From Alphaproteobacteria bacterium (lineage in GTDB: Bacteria; Pseudomonadota; Alphaproteobacteria; Bin95): a stretch of 64,000 bases of DNA. Shown in pieces: positions 10,128 to 19,101 of this stretch (position 1 is the first letter of the stretch; each line of letters starts with the position of its first letter). Below the pieces are notes generated by a model. It was not told the origin of the DNA. It saw only the letters and a list, made by a program, of their open reading frames with translations, and searched no databases. The DNA lies in NCBI GenBank assembly GCA_963665325.3, contig OZ224045.1, forward strand, positions 1,408,001 through 1,472,000. The letters are read 5' to 3'. A program made the translations under genes and the position numbers.

Positions 10128-11573
10128 GCGCGCAGGGATCGGGCGCTCGCGGCGAAGCGCCTTGCCTGGCCGGGCGCCGGTCAGGCCTCCGTTTGCCCAG
10201 ACCGGCTCACCCGCCACCAGCACCGTATGGATGCCGTCCGCCGGCGCGAGCGGGTTCTCGAAGTCGGCCCGGTCGATCACGGTCTCGGGGTCGAACAGGC
10301 AGAGGTCCGCCACTGTGCCCGCCTCGACAGTGCCGCGCCCGTCGAGCCCGAACCGGTCCGCCGGCAGGCCCGTCATGCGGTGCACGGCTTCTTCGAGCGG
10401 CATCAGGCCGAGTTCGCGGCTGTAGTGCCCCAGCACGCGCGGGAAGGTGCCCCAGAGGCGCGGATGGGGGCGCGGGTCGTGCGGAATGCCGTCGGAGCCG
10501 ATCATGGCGCGCGGGAAGCGCAGCACGCGCTGCACATCGTCCTCCGACATGGCGAAATAGATCGCCCCGGCCGGTAACAGCCTGAACGCCATCTCCTCGT
10601 CGGAGACGCCGTGCTCGGCTGCGATGTCCGAGAGGTCCCGGCCCGCGGCCTCGGGGTGGGGCTCCGACCATGTAATCAGGACGCGCTTCGAATCCGCAAG
10701 GCGATCGGGCAGGAGGACGGTCGAACTCATGGCGTAGGGATAGACGTCGAGCGATACCTGCTGCTCTGCCGCTGCGGCCTCGACCAAGGGCAGGGAGCGG
10801 GCGGTCTTGCCGTGATGGGCGGCGCCCGACGCCTTGTGGTGCGAGAGCACGACCGCGACGCCCGCGCGCCGGCCGATCTCCAGCGATTCCTCGACCGACT
10901 CCTCAAGGAACGCCCCTTCGTCGCGCATATGGGTGGCGTAGAGACCGCCAAAGGGCGCCGCCGCCTCCGCAAGCGCGACCACCTCGTCGGTCGGCGCGGC
11001 CTTGGAAGGCGGATAGAAAAGCCCGGTCGAGAAGCCGACCGCGCCTGCCTGCATCGCCTGTTCGACGCCCGCGCGCATCCGCGCGATCTCGCTCGCGTTC
11101 GCCGGACCGTTGAGATCCTCCACATGCTGCACCCGCAGCGTCTGGTGGCCGACCAGGAAGAGGCCGTTGACCACCGGCGGCCGCGCGTCCAGCGCCTCCA
11201 GATAGGAGCCGAAGGTCGGGAACCGGTAATCGCTCTCGCCGCCGAGCAGGTTCATCGGCGCCGGCGGGTTGCCGCTCGGCGTGAAGGGCGCCAGCGAGAT
11301 GCCGCAATTGCCCGCGACCACGGTCGTCACACCCTGGCTCGCCTTGGCGGCCATGTCGCCGTCCAGCAGCGCGCGGTCGTCATGGGTGTGGACGTCGATG
11401 AAACCGGGCGCGACGACGAGGCCGCGCGCGTCGATCTCCCGTTCCCCCGCCACTTCGCCCAGCGCGCCGACCTCAGTAATGCGACCGCTGTCCACGGCCA
11501 CATCGGCCTTGCGCGCCGGCCCGCCTCCACCGTCGATGACGGTTCCGCCCCGGATTACCAGATCGTGGCGCAT
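10125..11573 (-). CDS. N-acyl-D-amino-acid deacylase (D-aminoacylase)
   Basis: PGFIDVHTHDD, GVTTVVAGNCG, GSDG and HPRLWGTFPRVLG motifs. Confidence 0.93.
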   Translation of the reverse strand: MRHDLVIRGGTVIDGGGGPARKADVAVDSGRITEVGALGEVAGEREIDARGLVVAPGFIDVHTHDDRALLDGDMAAKASQGVTTVVAGNCGISLAPFTPSGNPPAPMNLLGGESDYRFPTFGSYLEALDARPPVVNGLFLVGHQTLRVQHVEDLNGPANASEIARMRAGVEQAMQAGAVGFSTGLFYPPSKAAPTDEVVALAEAAAPFGGLYATHMRDEGAFLEESVEESLEIGRRAGVAVVLSHHKASGAAHHGKTARSLPLVEAAAAEQQVSLDVYPYAMSSTVLLPDRLADSKRVLITWSEPHPEAAGRDLSDIAAEHGVSDEEMAFRLLPAGAIYFAMSEDDVQRVLRFPRAMIGSDGIPHDPRPHPRLWGTFPRVLGHYSRELGLMPLEEAVHRMTGLPADRFGLDGRGTVEAGTVADLCLFDPETVIDRADFENPLAPADGIHTVLVAGEPVWANGGLTGARPGKALRRERPIPAR

Positions 11574-11654
11574 CGCCGCGTTTCCTCCCGCCCCTTGCTG
11601 GCACCTTCTCTACCATGCGGGTAAGGTCCGCGAAAATCGGGAGACACCCCAGCC

Positions 11655-12533
11655 ATGGCCCTATGCGCGGTCGGCGATATCGCCGTTCACCGGGTCGAGG
11701 AAAACGCCGGTCCTTCCTTCCTTCCGGGCCAGATCTACCCGGACTGGACGCCGGAATACCTGGAGAAGCATCGGGATTGGATGGTACCGCGCGCCTTCCA
11801 CGAGCGCAGCGGCCGATTGATGATGAGCCTGCACAGCTGGCTTCTGCGCACGCCGCGGCACACGATCCTGGTCGATACCTGCGTCGGCAACCATAAGACC
11901 CGCTCGCGCACGATGTGGAACGACCTCGATACCCCCTGGCTCGAGCGGTTGAAGGCCGCCGGCGTCGCGCCCGAGGAAATCGACTTCGTGCTCTGCACCC
12001 ATCTGCATACCGACCATGTCGGCTGGAACACCCGGCTCGAAGACGGGCGCTGGGTGCCGACTTTCCCGAATGCGAAATACCTGATCGGCAAGATCGACTA
12101 CCAGTACCGCACGCAGCGGCTGGAGCTCTATCCCGATGAGGCCCCCATGGACGGCGCCTTCGCCGACAGCGTGCTGCCCGTGGTGGAGGCGGGGCAGGCG
12201 GTCATGGTCGAGGACGGCTACCGGATCGACGAGGCCATGCTCATCGAGGCCGCGCCCGGCCACACGCCCGGCCACGTCACGATGGCGCTCGATTCCGGGG
12301 GCGAAGAGGCGCTGTTCGTCGGCGACATCATGCACCACCCGATCCAGATCTACGAACCGCACTGGAACTCGGCGTTCTGCGAGTGGCCGGAGCATGCCGC
12401 AGTCACCCGGCGCCGTGTGCTGGAGCGGGTAGCGGACACGTCGGCGCTGCTGATGCCGGCGCATTTCCCGAACCCGTCCTGCGGCCATGTGCTGAGCGCG
12501 GGCGACGGTTTCCGGTTCCGCTTCGCCGACTGA
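11655..12533 (+). CDS. MBL-fold metallo-hydrolase
   Basis: THLHTDHVGWN, PGHTPGH, GDIMHH and PAHF motifs. Confidence 0.92.
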   Translation: MALCAVGDIAVHRVEENAGPSFLPGQIYPDWTPEYLEKHRDWMVPRAFHERSGRLMMSLHSWLLRTPRHTILVDTCVGNHKTRSRTMWNDLDTPWLERLKAAGVAPEEIDFVLCTHLHTDHVGWNTRLEDGRWVPTFPNAKYLIGKIDYQYRTQRLELYPDEAPMDGAFADSVLPVVEAGQAVMVEDGYRIDEAMLIEAAPGHTPGHVTMALDSGGEEALFVGDIMHHPIQIYEPHWNSAFCEWPEHAAVTRRRVLERVADTSALLMPAHFPNPSCGHVLSAGDGFRFRFAD

Positions 12534-12559
12534 GCTTCGGCGCGGCCGCTCCTTCTCCC

Positions 12560-13777
12560 ATGCCCGAGTCGCCCAATGCCGGCCGCTATCCCTGGGTAGT
12601 CTGCTTTACCTCGCTGTTTCTGGTCTTCTTCGGCCAGGGCGCGATGTTCGTGCTGAATGTGGAGCTGAAGCCGATTGCGGAAGACATGGGCTGGCCGCGC
12701 GAGCTGCCCTCGCTCGGCTACACGTCCGCCTTTCTGGGCGCAGGCATAGGCGCCCTCTATTTCGGCCCGCTCTCGGAACGCCTCGGCATGGGCAATGTCG
12801 CGCTGATCGGCGCAATCTCGGTCGGCTCCGGCACCTTCCTGGCGGGCTATGTGGAGACCCCCGGCCAGCTGATGCTGATCTTCGGCGTGCTGATCGGCCT
12901 GCTGGGCAATGCCTGCATGTTCGCACCGCTGATGGCGCATGTGATGCGCTGGTTCGACCGCAACCGGGGCCTGGCGCTCGGCATCGCGACGGCCGGACAA
13001 AGCGTCGGCGGCGCGGTCTGGCCCTCGATCATCACCTGGCTGGACGGGACGGTCGGCTGGCGCGACACCTTCCACATATACGGCCTGCTCTGCTTCGCGA
13101 TCATGGTGCCGCTGACCATGCTGCTGCGCCGCCCGGCGCCGCCGGCGGCATCGGGCAGTCCGCGCAAGGCCACGCCCGACGGCCGCGCCTTCGGACTGCC
13201 GGGCGGGATCGCGACGGCGGTGCTGTGCGCGGCGATCGTCGGCTGCTGCATCCCGATGTCGATCCCGCTGGTCCACCTCAAGGCCTACGGCACCGATCTC
13301 GGCCTCGCTCCGCAGGCGGCTGCGGCCGCCCTGTCGATGGCGCTGTTCGCCAGCCTCACCTCGCGCATCCTGGGCGGGATGCTGGCGGACCGCATCGGCG
13401 GGCTGAAGACGCTGCTGATCGGCTCGGTGATCCAGTGCGCGATGCTGGCTGTCATCTCCCAGGCCCGCGAGATGTGGACGCTCTACGCCGCCTGCATCGT
13501 CTTCGGCCTCGGCTATGGCGGCATTATCGGCATGTACGCCTATCTCGTGCGGGAGTATTTCCCGCCGGCCGGCGCAACGCGGCGAATTGCCTGGATCTTT
13601 CTTTTCGGCACCATCGGCATGGCTGCCGGCGGGTGGCTCGGCGGCCGGCTGTTCGATGCCACCGGGAGCTACGAGACGGCGTTCCTCGCAGGCTCGGCCA
13701 TCAACACCGTGCAACTCGCCATTGTGGTCACGCTGTTAGTTCGCGCGCGCCCCTCTGTGAGGTTGGCCGCCGGTTAA
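12560..13777 (+). CDS. MFS transporter
   Basis: About 12 hydrophobic segments with GPLSERLG, WFDRNRGLALG and GMLADRIG motifs. Start chosen at ATG 12560. Confidence 0.88.
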   Translation: MPESPNAGRYPWVVCFTSLFLVFFGQGAMFVLNVELKPIAEDMGWPRELPSLGYTSAFLGAGIGALYFGPLSERLGMGNVALIGAISVGSGTFLAGYVETPGQLMLIFGVLIGLLGNACMFAPLMAHVMRWFDRNRGLALGIATAGQSVGGAVWPSIITWLDGTVGWRDTFHIYGLLCFAIMVPLTMLLRRPAPPAASGSPRKATPDGRAFGLPGGIATAVLCAAIVGCCIPMSIPLVHLKAYGTDLGLAPQAAAAALSMALFASLTSRILGGMLADRIGGLKTLLIGSVIQCAMLAVISQAREMWTLYAACIVFGLGYGGIIGMYAYLVREYFPPAGATRRIAWIFLFGTIGMAAGGWLGGRLFDATGSYETAFLAGSAINTVQLAIVVTLLVRARPSVRLAAG

Positions 13778-13892
13778 ACGGTGCGCGGAGGGCTGGTCCC
13801 CGGAGCGGAAAGGGGACTACCATGCCGTTGCGCGGCCCGGGCCGCCTTCGAGGCGCCGGCTCGGGTGCGGTCATTGAAGAGGAGGACATGGA

Positions 13893-14345
13893 ATGGCGAG
13901 CGTCACCATAAACGGTGAAGCCCGGATGCTGGACGGACCGGACGACACCGTCCTGTTGTGGGCCCTGCGTGACATGGCGGGCCTGACGGGAACCAAATAC
14001 GGATGCGGGGCCGGCCTCTGCGGCGCATGCACGGTGCATGTGGACGGCAAGGCGGAGAAGTCCTGCATGATGACCGTGGGCGATGTGGCAGGCAAGGCGG
14101 TCACCACCATCGAGGGCCTGTCGGCCGACGGCGACCACCCGGTCCAGGTCGCGTGGCGCGAGATGCATGTGCCGCAATGCGGTTTCTGCCAGACCGGGCA
14201 GATCATGCAGGCCGCCAGCTTGCTGGCCGAGAACCCGAAGCCGACCGACCGGGAAATCCTGGACGGGATGGCCGACAATATCTGCCGCTGCGGCTGCTAT
14301 GAGCGCATCGTCTCCGCGGTGCGGCTCGCATCGACGGGGGTCTAG
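13893..14345 (+). CDS. (2Fe-2S)-binding small subunit, isoquinoline 1-oxidoreductase alpha-like
   Basis: GTKYGCGAGLCGAC, QCGFCQTG and CRCG motifs. Confidence 0.92.
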   Translation: MASVTINGEARMLDGPDDTVLLWALRDMAGLTGTKYGCGAGLCGACTVHVDGKAEKSCMMTVGDVAGKAVTTIEGLSADGDHPVQVAWREMHVPQCGFCQTGQIMQAASLLAENPKPTDREILDGMADNICRCGCYERIVSAVRLASTGV

Positions 14346-14348
14346 GCC

Positions 14349-16664
14349 ATGTTGCACATGATGGAAAATGCGTTCCTCGGAAGCCCCGTTCGCGAAGCGG
14401 CGAAGCTGGCTTTCGCCAATGTCTCCCGGCGGCGGTTCCTGCAGGGCTCGGCGGCCGGTTTCGCCGTCGCCGCCTTCGCCACCACGGCCGAGGGTTTCGC
14501 GCGCTACAAGACCGGCGGCGATGCAATGCCGAACGGCCTGCGCTACGACCCGCACATCTTCGTCTCCATCGACGCCGACGGGACGGTGACCATCGTCGCC
14601 CACCGCTCGGAGATGGGCACCGGCTCGCGCACCTCGCTGCCGATGGTGCTTGCCGACGAGATGGGCGCCGACTGGGGCATGGTGAAGATCGTCCAGGCGG
14701 AAGGCGACGAGGAGAAATACGGCAATCAGGACACGGACGGGTCGCGCTCCATGCGCCACCACATCCAGTCCATGCGCCAGATGGGCGCGTCGGTGCGCCA
14801 TATGCTCGCCAATGCCGCGGCCGAAATGTGGGGCGTGGACGCCTCGGCGGTCTCGGTCGGCGTGCATGAGGTGACGGGCGGGGGCAGGAAAGCCGGATTC
14901 GGCGAACTTGCCGAGGCTGCGATGAAGCAGCCTGTGCCCGAATTCGAGGCGCTGTCCTTCAAGGACGAGTCCGAGTTCCGCTATATCGGCAAGGGCAATA
15001 TCGGCATCACCGACCTGCACGACATCACGACCGGCAAGGCCGTTTTCGGCGCCGATGTGATGTTGCCGGGAATGAAGGTGGCAGCCGTCGCGCGCCCGCC
15101 GGTGGTCGGCGCCGAGGCGAAGAGCTACGACGCAAGCGCGGCCATGGCCGTTCCGGGCGTCGAGCATGTCGTGCCGCTTCCGGCCTCGATCATGCCGGCG
15201 AAGTTCGCCCCGCTCGGCGGCGTCGCCGTCGTTGCCTCCAACACGGATGCGGCGATCAAGGGCCGCGACGCGCTGGAGATCCAGTGGGGCGACAGCCCGC
15301 ATGGCGGCTATACCTCCGAGTCCTACCTGGAGGAGATGCGGGCGACGGCGAAGCAGCCGGGGCAGGTGTTCCGCGCCGAGGGCGACGCTGCGGCGGCGTT
15401 CGCGGGCGCGGCGAAGACCTTCGCGCAGGAATACAGCCAGGCCCATATGGCGCACGCGATGATGGAGCCGCCGGTGGCGGTCGCCAATGTCGCGGACGGC
15501 AAGTGCGAGATCTGGGCGCCGGTGCAATCGCCCTTCGGCGCGCGCGGCGATGTCGCGGCGGCGCTGGAGATGGAAGTCGCCGACGTCAGGGTGAATGTGA
15601 CCCTGCTCGGCGGCGGTTTCGGCCGCAAGTCCAAGTGCGACTTCGTCATCGAGGCCGCCATGCTCAGCAAGAAGCTCGGCATGCCGGTCAAGGTGCAGTG
15701 GACGCGCGAGGACGATATCCGGCACAGCTTCTACCACACCGCCTCGGTGGAGCGGATCGAGGTTGCGCTGGACGGCGACAACAAGGTCACCGGCTGGCGG
15801 CACAACTCGGTGGCGCCGTCGATCCTGTCCACCTTCGCGCCGGACAGCGGGCACCAGTTCTTCATCGAGAGCGGGATGGGGCATGTCGATATCCCCTTCG
15901 AAATCCCGAACCTTTCGGTGGAGAACGGCAAGGCGATGGCGCACACGCGCATCGGCTGGTTCCGTTCGGTCTCGAACATCCCGCGCGCCTGGGCGGTGCA
16001 GTCCTTCGCGTCGGAACTCGCGGCCGAGCTCGGCCGGGACGATCTCGAGGTCATGCTGGAGCTGATCGGCTCCGACCGGAAGCTCGACCCGCCGAAGCAG
16101 GGCTTCCCGGAGAACTTCTGGGACTATGGTGAGGTCTATGACGAGTACCCGATCGACACCATGCGCCTGAAGAACGTCCTCAGGCTGGCTGCCGAAAAGG
16201 GCGGCTGGGGCAAGCAGATGCCCGCAGGCGAGGGCCTCGGACTGGCGGTGCACCGCTCGTTCGTCACCTATGTGGCGACCTGCGCGCATGTGAAGATCGT
16301 GGACGGCAGGATCACCGTTCCCGAGATTCACATGGCGTTGGATTGCGGCTTCGCGGCCAATCCGGAGCGGATTCGCAGCCAGATGGAAGGATCAGCTGTC
16401 CAGGGCATGACCATCGCCCTCTACAGCGGCGTCACCTTCGAGAACGGCGCGGCGGTGCAGTCGAACTACCACGACTACCAGATGGTGCGTTCGGACAACT
16501 TCCCCGAGAAGGTCCACACGCACATCGTGCCGCATCCCTTCTCGGTCCATGCCTCGGGCGTGGGCGAGCCGGGTGTGCCGCCGGTCGCGCCGGCGATCGC
16601 CAATGCGATCTTCCACGCGACGGGCAAGCGCATGCGCGACCTGCCCATGGGCGACACCGTCTGA
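14349..16664 (+). CDS. molybdopterin-binding large subunit, isoquinoline 1-oxidoreductase beta-like, Tat-exported
   Basis: SRRRFLQ Tat motif, plus SEMGTG, LGGGFGRK and GVGEPG motifs. Confidence 0.92.
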   Translation: MLHMMENAFLGSPVREAAKLAFANVSRRRFLQGSAAGFAVAAFATTAEGFARYKTGGDAMPNGLRYDPHIFVSIDADGTVTIVAHRSEMGTGSRTSLPMVLADEMGADWGMVKIVQAEGDEEKYGNQDTDGSRSMRHHIQSMRQMGASVRHMLANAAAEMWGVDASAVSVGVHEVTGGGRKAGFGELAEAAMKQPVPEFEALSFKDESEFRYIGKGNIGITDLHDITTGKAVFGADVMLPGMKVAAVARPPVVGAEAKSYDASAAMAVPGVEHVVPLPASIMPAKFAPLGGVAVVASNTDAAIKGRDALEIQWGDSPHGGYTSESYLEEMRATAKQPGQVFRAEGDAAAAFAGAAKTFAQEYSQAHMAHAMMEPPVAVANVADGKCEIWAPVQSPFGARGDVAAALEMEVADVRVNVTLLGGGFGRKSKCDFVIEAAMLSKKLGMPVKVQWTREDDIRHSFYHTASVERIEVALDGDNKVTGWRHNSVAPSILSTFAPDSGHQFFIESGMGHVDIPFEIPNLSVENGKAMAHTRIGWFRSVSNIPRAWAVQSFASELAAELGRDDLEVMLELIGSDRKLDPPKQGFPENFWDYGEVYDEYPIDTMRLKNVLRLAAEKGGWGKQMPAGEGLGLAVHRSFVTYVATCAHVKIVDGRITVPEIHMALDCGFAANPERIRSQMEGSAVQGMTIALYSGVTFENGAAVQSNYHDYQMVRSDNFPEKVHTHIVPHPFSVHASGVGEPGVPPVAPAIANAIFHATGKRMRDLPMGDTV

Positions 16665-16684
16665 TCCGCCTCCGGGCGGACAGG

Positions 16685-16724
16685 CAAAGGAAAGGGCCGG
16701 CCCCCGCGCCGGCCCTTTTTCTTT
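16685..16724. terminator. intrinsic terminator, probably bidirectional
   Basis: AAAGGGCCGGC / GCCGGCCCTTT stem followed by a T-run, directly after the stop at 16664. Confidence 0.8.
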
Positions 16725-17159
16725 GGGTGGGGCGACGAGGTGGTCTATGTGGACGAGGGATTACGCGGAAGGGCTAGAACAGAGTTTGCGGTTGAGGCCA
16801 CAAACACGAGGATTGGTACTAGGAGCGAGATAGCACCGGGGCCCAGTCTATAGCGTTGGACGACTTCAAAGCAGATTGCCGGTACCAACTCTTCGGTCTC
16901 TTCAAGCGACGTCGGAAGGCAGGCTCCCAGCATTGTGCAAAGAAATTTTTTGCACCGATGTGCGACGGAATTCGTATTCCAGCCCAATGACAGGACTGCC
17001 AGCCGCGAAAATGACTATTGCTATGATGCCATAGCGGTTCGAGGCGTACAGGAGAAGCAGCAAAAACGCCATACCTGTTTCACAACTCACTGAAAACAGG
17101 CCATGCTTGCCAAGCCGGGACAATCCGTTTGCGTCCTGACTCAGCAAGCATTAGAGTGT

Positions 17160-17247
17160 TGGTGCCCCCGGCGGGATTCGAACCCGCAAGACCAGAGCAG
17201 TCAACCGGTTCCAAACCGGATGCGTTTACCAATTTCGCCACAGGGGC
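17160..17247 (-). tRNA. atypical type II tRNA: tRNA-Leu body with UGG (Pro) anticodon
   Basis: Reverse complement folds as GCCCCTG TG GCG AAATTGGTAAA CGC A TCCGG TT-TGG-AA CCGGT TGACTGCTCTGGTCTT GCGGG TTCGAAT CCCGC CGGGGGC A CCA. It is 88 nt with a long variable arm and encoded CCA. Confidence 0.85.
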
Positions 17248-17307
17248 AGGCCCCGCCCCGTTCCGCTTCCAGCTGGTCCGGGGCGAGCGATAGGCATCCT
17301 CCGCCTA

Positions 17308-17835
17308 CTAGCGGTCGGTGCGTTCATTCAGGGTGGCGGCATTCTCGCGGTCTTCCTGTTTGGGGTTCGAGTCGGAGAGCTTGTCTTGAGAGGTCTGGCT
17401 CTCCGACTCCTCGAAAAGTGCTATGGCATCCGGAAGCGGTTTATCGACGAACCACCAAGCGTGGCGTCCATGCCATTTGACTGACTGAAAGCCACAGCCG
17501 CGCTTTGATAAGACGCTTGACAGGTTGACAGCGGGTTTTTCTCCGCCGACGCGAGCGCCAAATTGCGGCATGATTTCAATCAGTTCATGCACGGATAGGG
17601 GATAACCCTTCGCACCAAGGGCCATTCTCGCGCCTTCGAGCATCGTGACCTTCTTGGGCACAATATCTTGTGAAGTGGAAGTGAGTGCATTACTTGGCGT
17701 TGTGTCGTGCCGGAGTCCTAGGAGATCAGTGCGGGCTCTTCGAAGAATCGAAAGCTCACGGTAAAGCGGGCTTTCAGCGAGCTCCGCCTCAAGCTCCTTC
17801 ATCCTTCGCTCAATGGCTGCGAGTGTGTCATTCAT
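17308..17835 (-). CDS. hypothetical protein with N-terminal coiled coil and predicted winged HTH (HARE-HTH-like)
   Basis: LAAIERRMKELEAEL coiled coil, then ARMALGAKGYPLSVHELIEIM...GGEKPAVNLSSVLSK...AWW. Alternative GTG start at 17856. Confidence 0.7.
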   Translation of the reverse strand: MNDTLAAIERRMKELEAELAESPLYRELSILRRARTDLLGLRHDTTPSNALTSTSQDIVPKKVTMLEGARMALGAKGYPLSVHELIEIMPQFGARVGGEKPAVNLSSVLSKRGCGFQSVKWHGRHAWWFVDKPLPDAIALFEESESQTSQDKLSDSNPKQEDRENAATLNERTDR

Positions 17836-17867
17836 AGGGACCACCATCTTTGGCACTTGAATGGCAT

Positions 17868-17896
17868 ATTATCGGCATCAACAATGGTCGTGTCAA
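17868..17896 (-). promoter_or_regulatory. sigma70 promoter for the HTH gene and atypical tRNA
   Basis: Minus strand TTGACA (17896-17891), 17-nt spacer, GATAAT (17873-17868). Confidence 0.7.
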
Positions 17897-18111
17897 TGGG
17901 GAGTGAAGACCAATGGCAAGATTTTTCATTGTCGACAGAAGGTTGCGGAGAAGCCACCCTACACACGCTATGTGACGCGAGAAATGTGAAAATCTGTACC
18001 TTGCAGGCCGGGTCAAAGCAGAATTTCCGCCAACGCTCGGGCCTATGACAGCGGCACGCCCCGGTTTACACTGCTCACCCGGCGCGTCCGGGAAAGGAAG
18101 CCTTCCGAGCC

Positions 18112-19101
18112 ATGGCCCTCGATGCAATTCCGGCGATCGATCTCGGACCCTGGCGGTCCGGCAGTGCCGCCGGCAGGCGGGAGGTGGCCGAGCGGGTTGC
18201 CTGGGCGTGCGAGAATATCGGCTTCCTGATCGTCAGCGGTCATGGCATTCCCCAGGAGGTGATCGACCGCGCCTTTTCGGTCTCGCGGACGTTCTTCGAC
18301 CTGCCGCCCGGGGAAAAGTCGCGCTTCATGCCGGAAGACGGCGTGGCGCCGCGCGGCTACCACGCCGTCGCGACGCGCAATCTGGCGCGCACGCTGGGGC
18401 AGGAGACGCCGCCTGACCTCCGGGAGCAGTTCTTCATCGGCCCGCTTGTCCCGCCCGCGGACCGGTTCGCCCATATTCCGGGCGCGCCCCTGTTCTATTC
18501 CGGCAATATCTGGCCGGCGCATCCCGTCGCCTACCGGGAAGCCCTGACGGAGTTCTACTGCGCGTTCGAAGCCCTGGCCGAGCGCCTGATGGGGATTTTC
18601 GCGGTGGCGCTCGGGCTGCCGGAGGACTTCTTCGACGACAAGATCGACGAGCATTTCAGCACCTGCCCGTCGAACCACTATCCCGTCATCGAGGACGACC
18701 CGCAGCCGGGCCAGCTCCGCTGCGGGGCGCATACCGATTTCGGCAGCCTGACGATCCTCGCCTTCAACGACGCGCCGGGCGGCCTGCAGGCGCTGATGCC
18801 GGACGGCTCCTGGCTCGACGTGCGGCCGGGGCCGGGGCAGTTGGCGGTCAATCTGGGCGACATGATGCAGCGCTGGACCAACGACCGCTGGAAATCCACC
18901 GTCCACCGCGTCGTCAACCCGCCGGAGGAGCGGCGGACGGAAAGCCGGCGCCAGACCATCGGCTATTTCCTGCACCCGAATTACGACGCCGAGATCGCCT
19001 GCCTGGATAGCTGTTGCGGCGCTGGCAACCCGGCGAAATACCCGCCGATCATGGCCGGCGACCACATGCGCGAGAAAATGGAACGCCGGATCGACGGATA
19101 G
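18112..19101 (+). CDS. isopenicillin N synthase family 2OG-Fe(II) oxygenase
   Basis: IPAIDL, GFLIVSGHGI, GAHTDFGSLTIL, VNLGD and STVHRV motifs. Confidence 0.93.
   Translation: MALDAIPAIDLGPWRSGSAAGRREVAERVAWACENIGFLIVSGHGIPQEVIDRAFSVSRTFFDLPPGEKSRFMPEDGVAPRGYHAVATRNLARTLGQETPPDLREQFFIGPLVPPADRFAHIPGAPLFYSGNIWPAHPVAYREALTEFYCAFEALAERLMGIFAVALGLPEDFFDDKIDEHFSTCPSNHYPVIEDDPQPGQLRCGAHTDFGSLTILAFNDAPGGLQALMPDGSWLDVRPGPGQLAVNLGDMMQRWTNDRWKSTVHRVVNPPEERRTESRRQTIGYFLHPNYDAEIACLDSCCGAGNPAKYPPIMAGDHMREKMERRIDG

Noticed and set aside
9701-10128. Short ORFs within MITE copy 1, and ORF 18043-19347 across copy 2
   Set aside because: They are translations of a non-coding GC-rich repeat or the antisense of a real gene, and show no transposase motifs.
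13728-16331. Very long antisense ORFs (also 2358-4415, 37251-39401, 60140-62806 and others)
   Set aside because: Shadow frames expected opposite real genes in high-GC DNA, with no recognisable motifs.
16745-17147. Two short minus-strand ORFs downstream of the odd tRNA
   Set aside because: No clear SD or motif and they overlap each other, so they cannot be supported as genes, though a small membrane peptide is not excluded.
17204-17222. Reading the odd tRNA as tRNA-Ser(GGA)
   Set aside because: Placing GGA at 34-36 breaks the CCGG/CCGG anticodon stem, and the discriminator is A73 rather than the G73 of tRNA-Ser.
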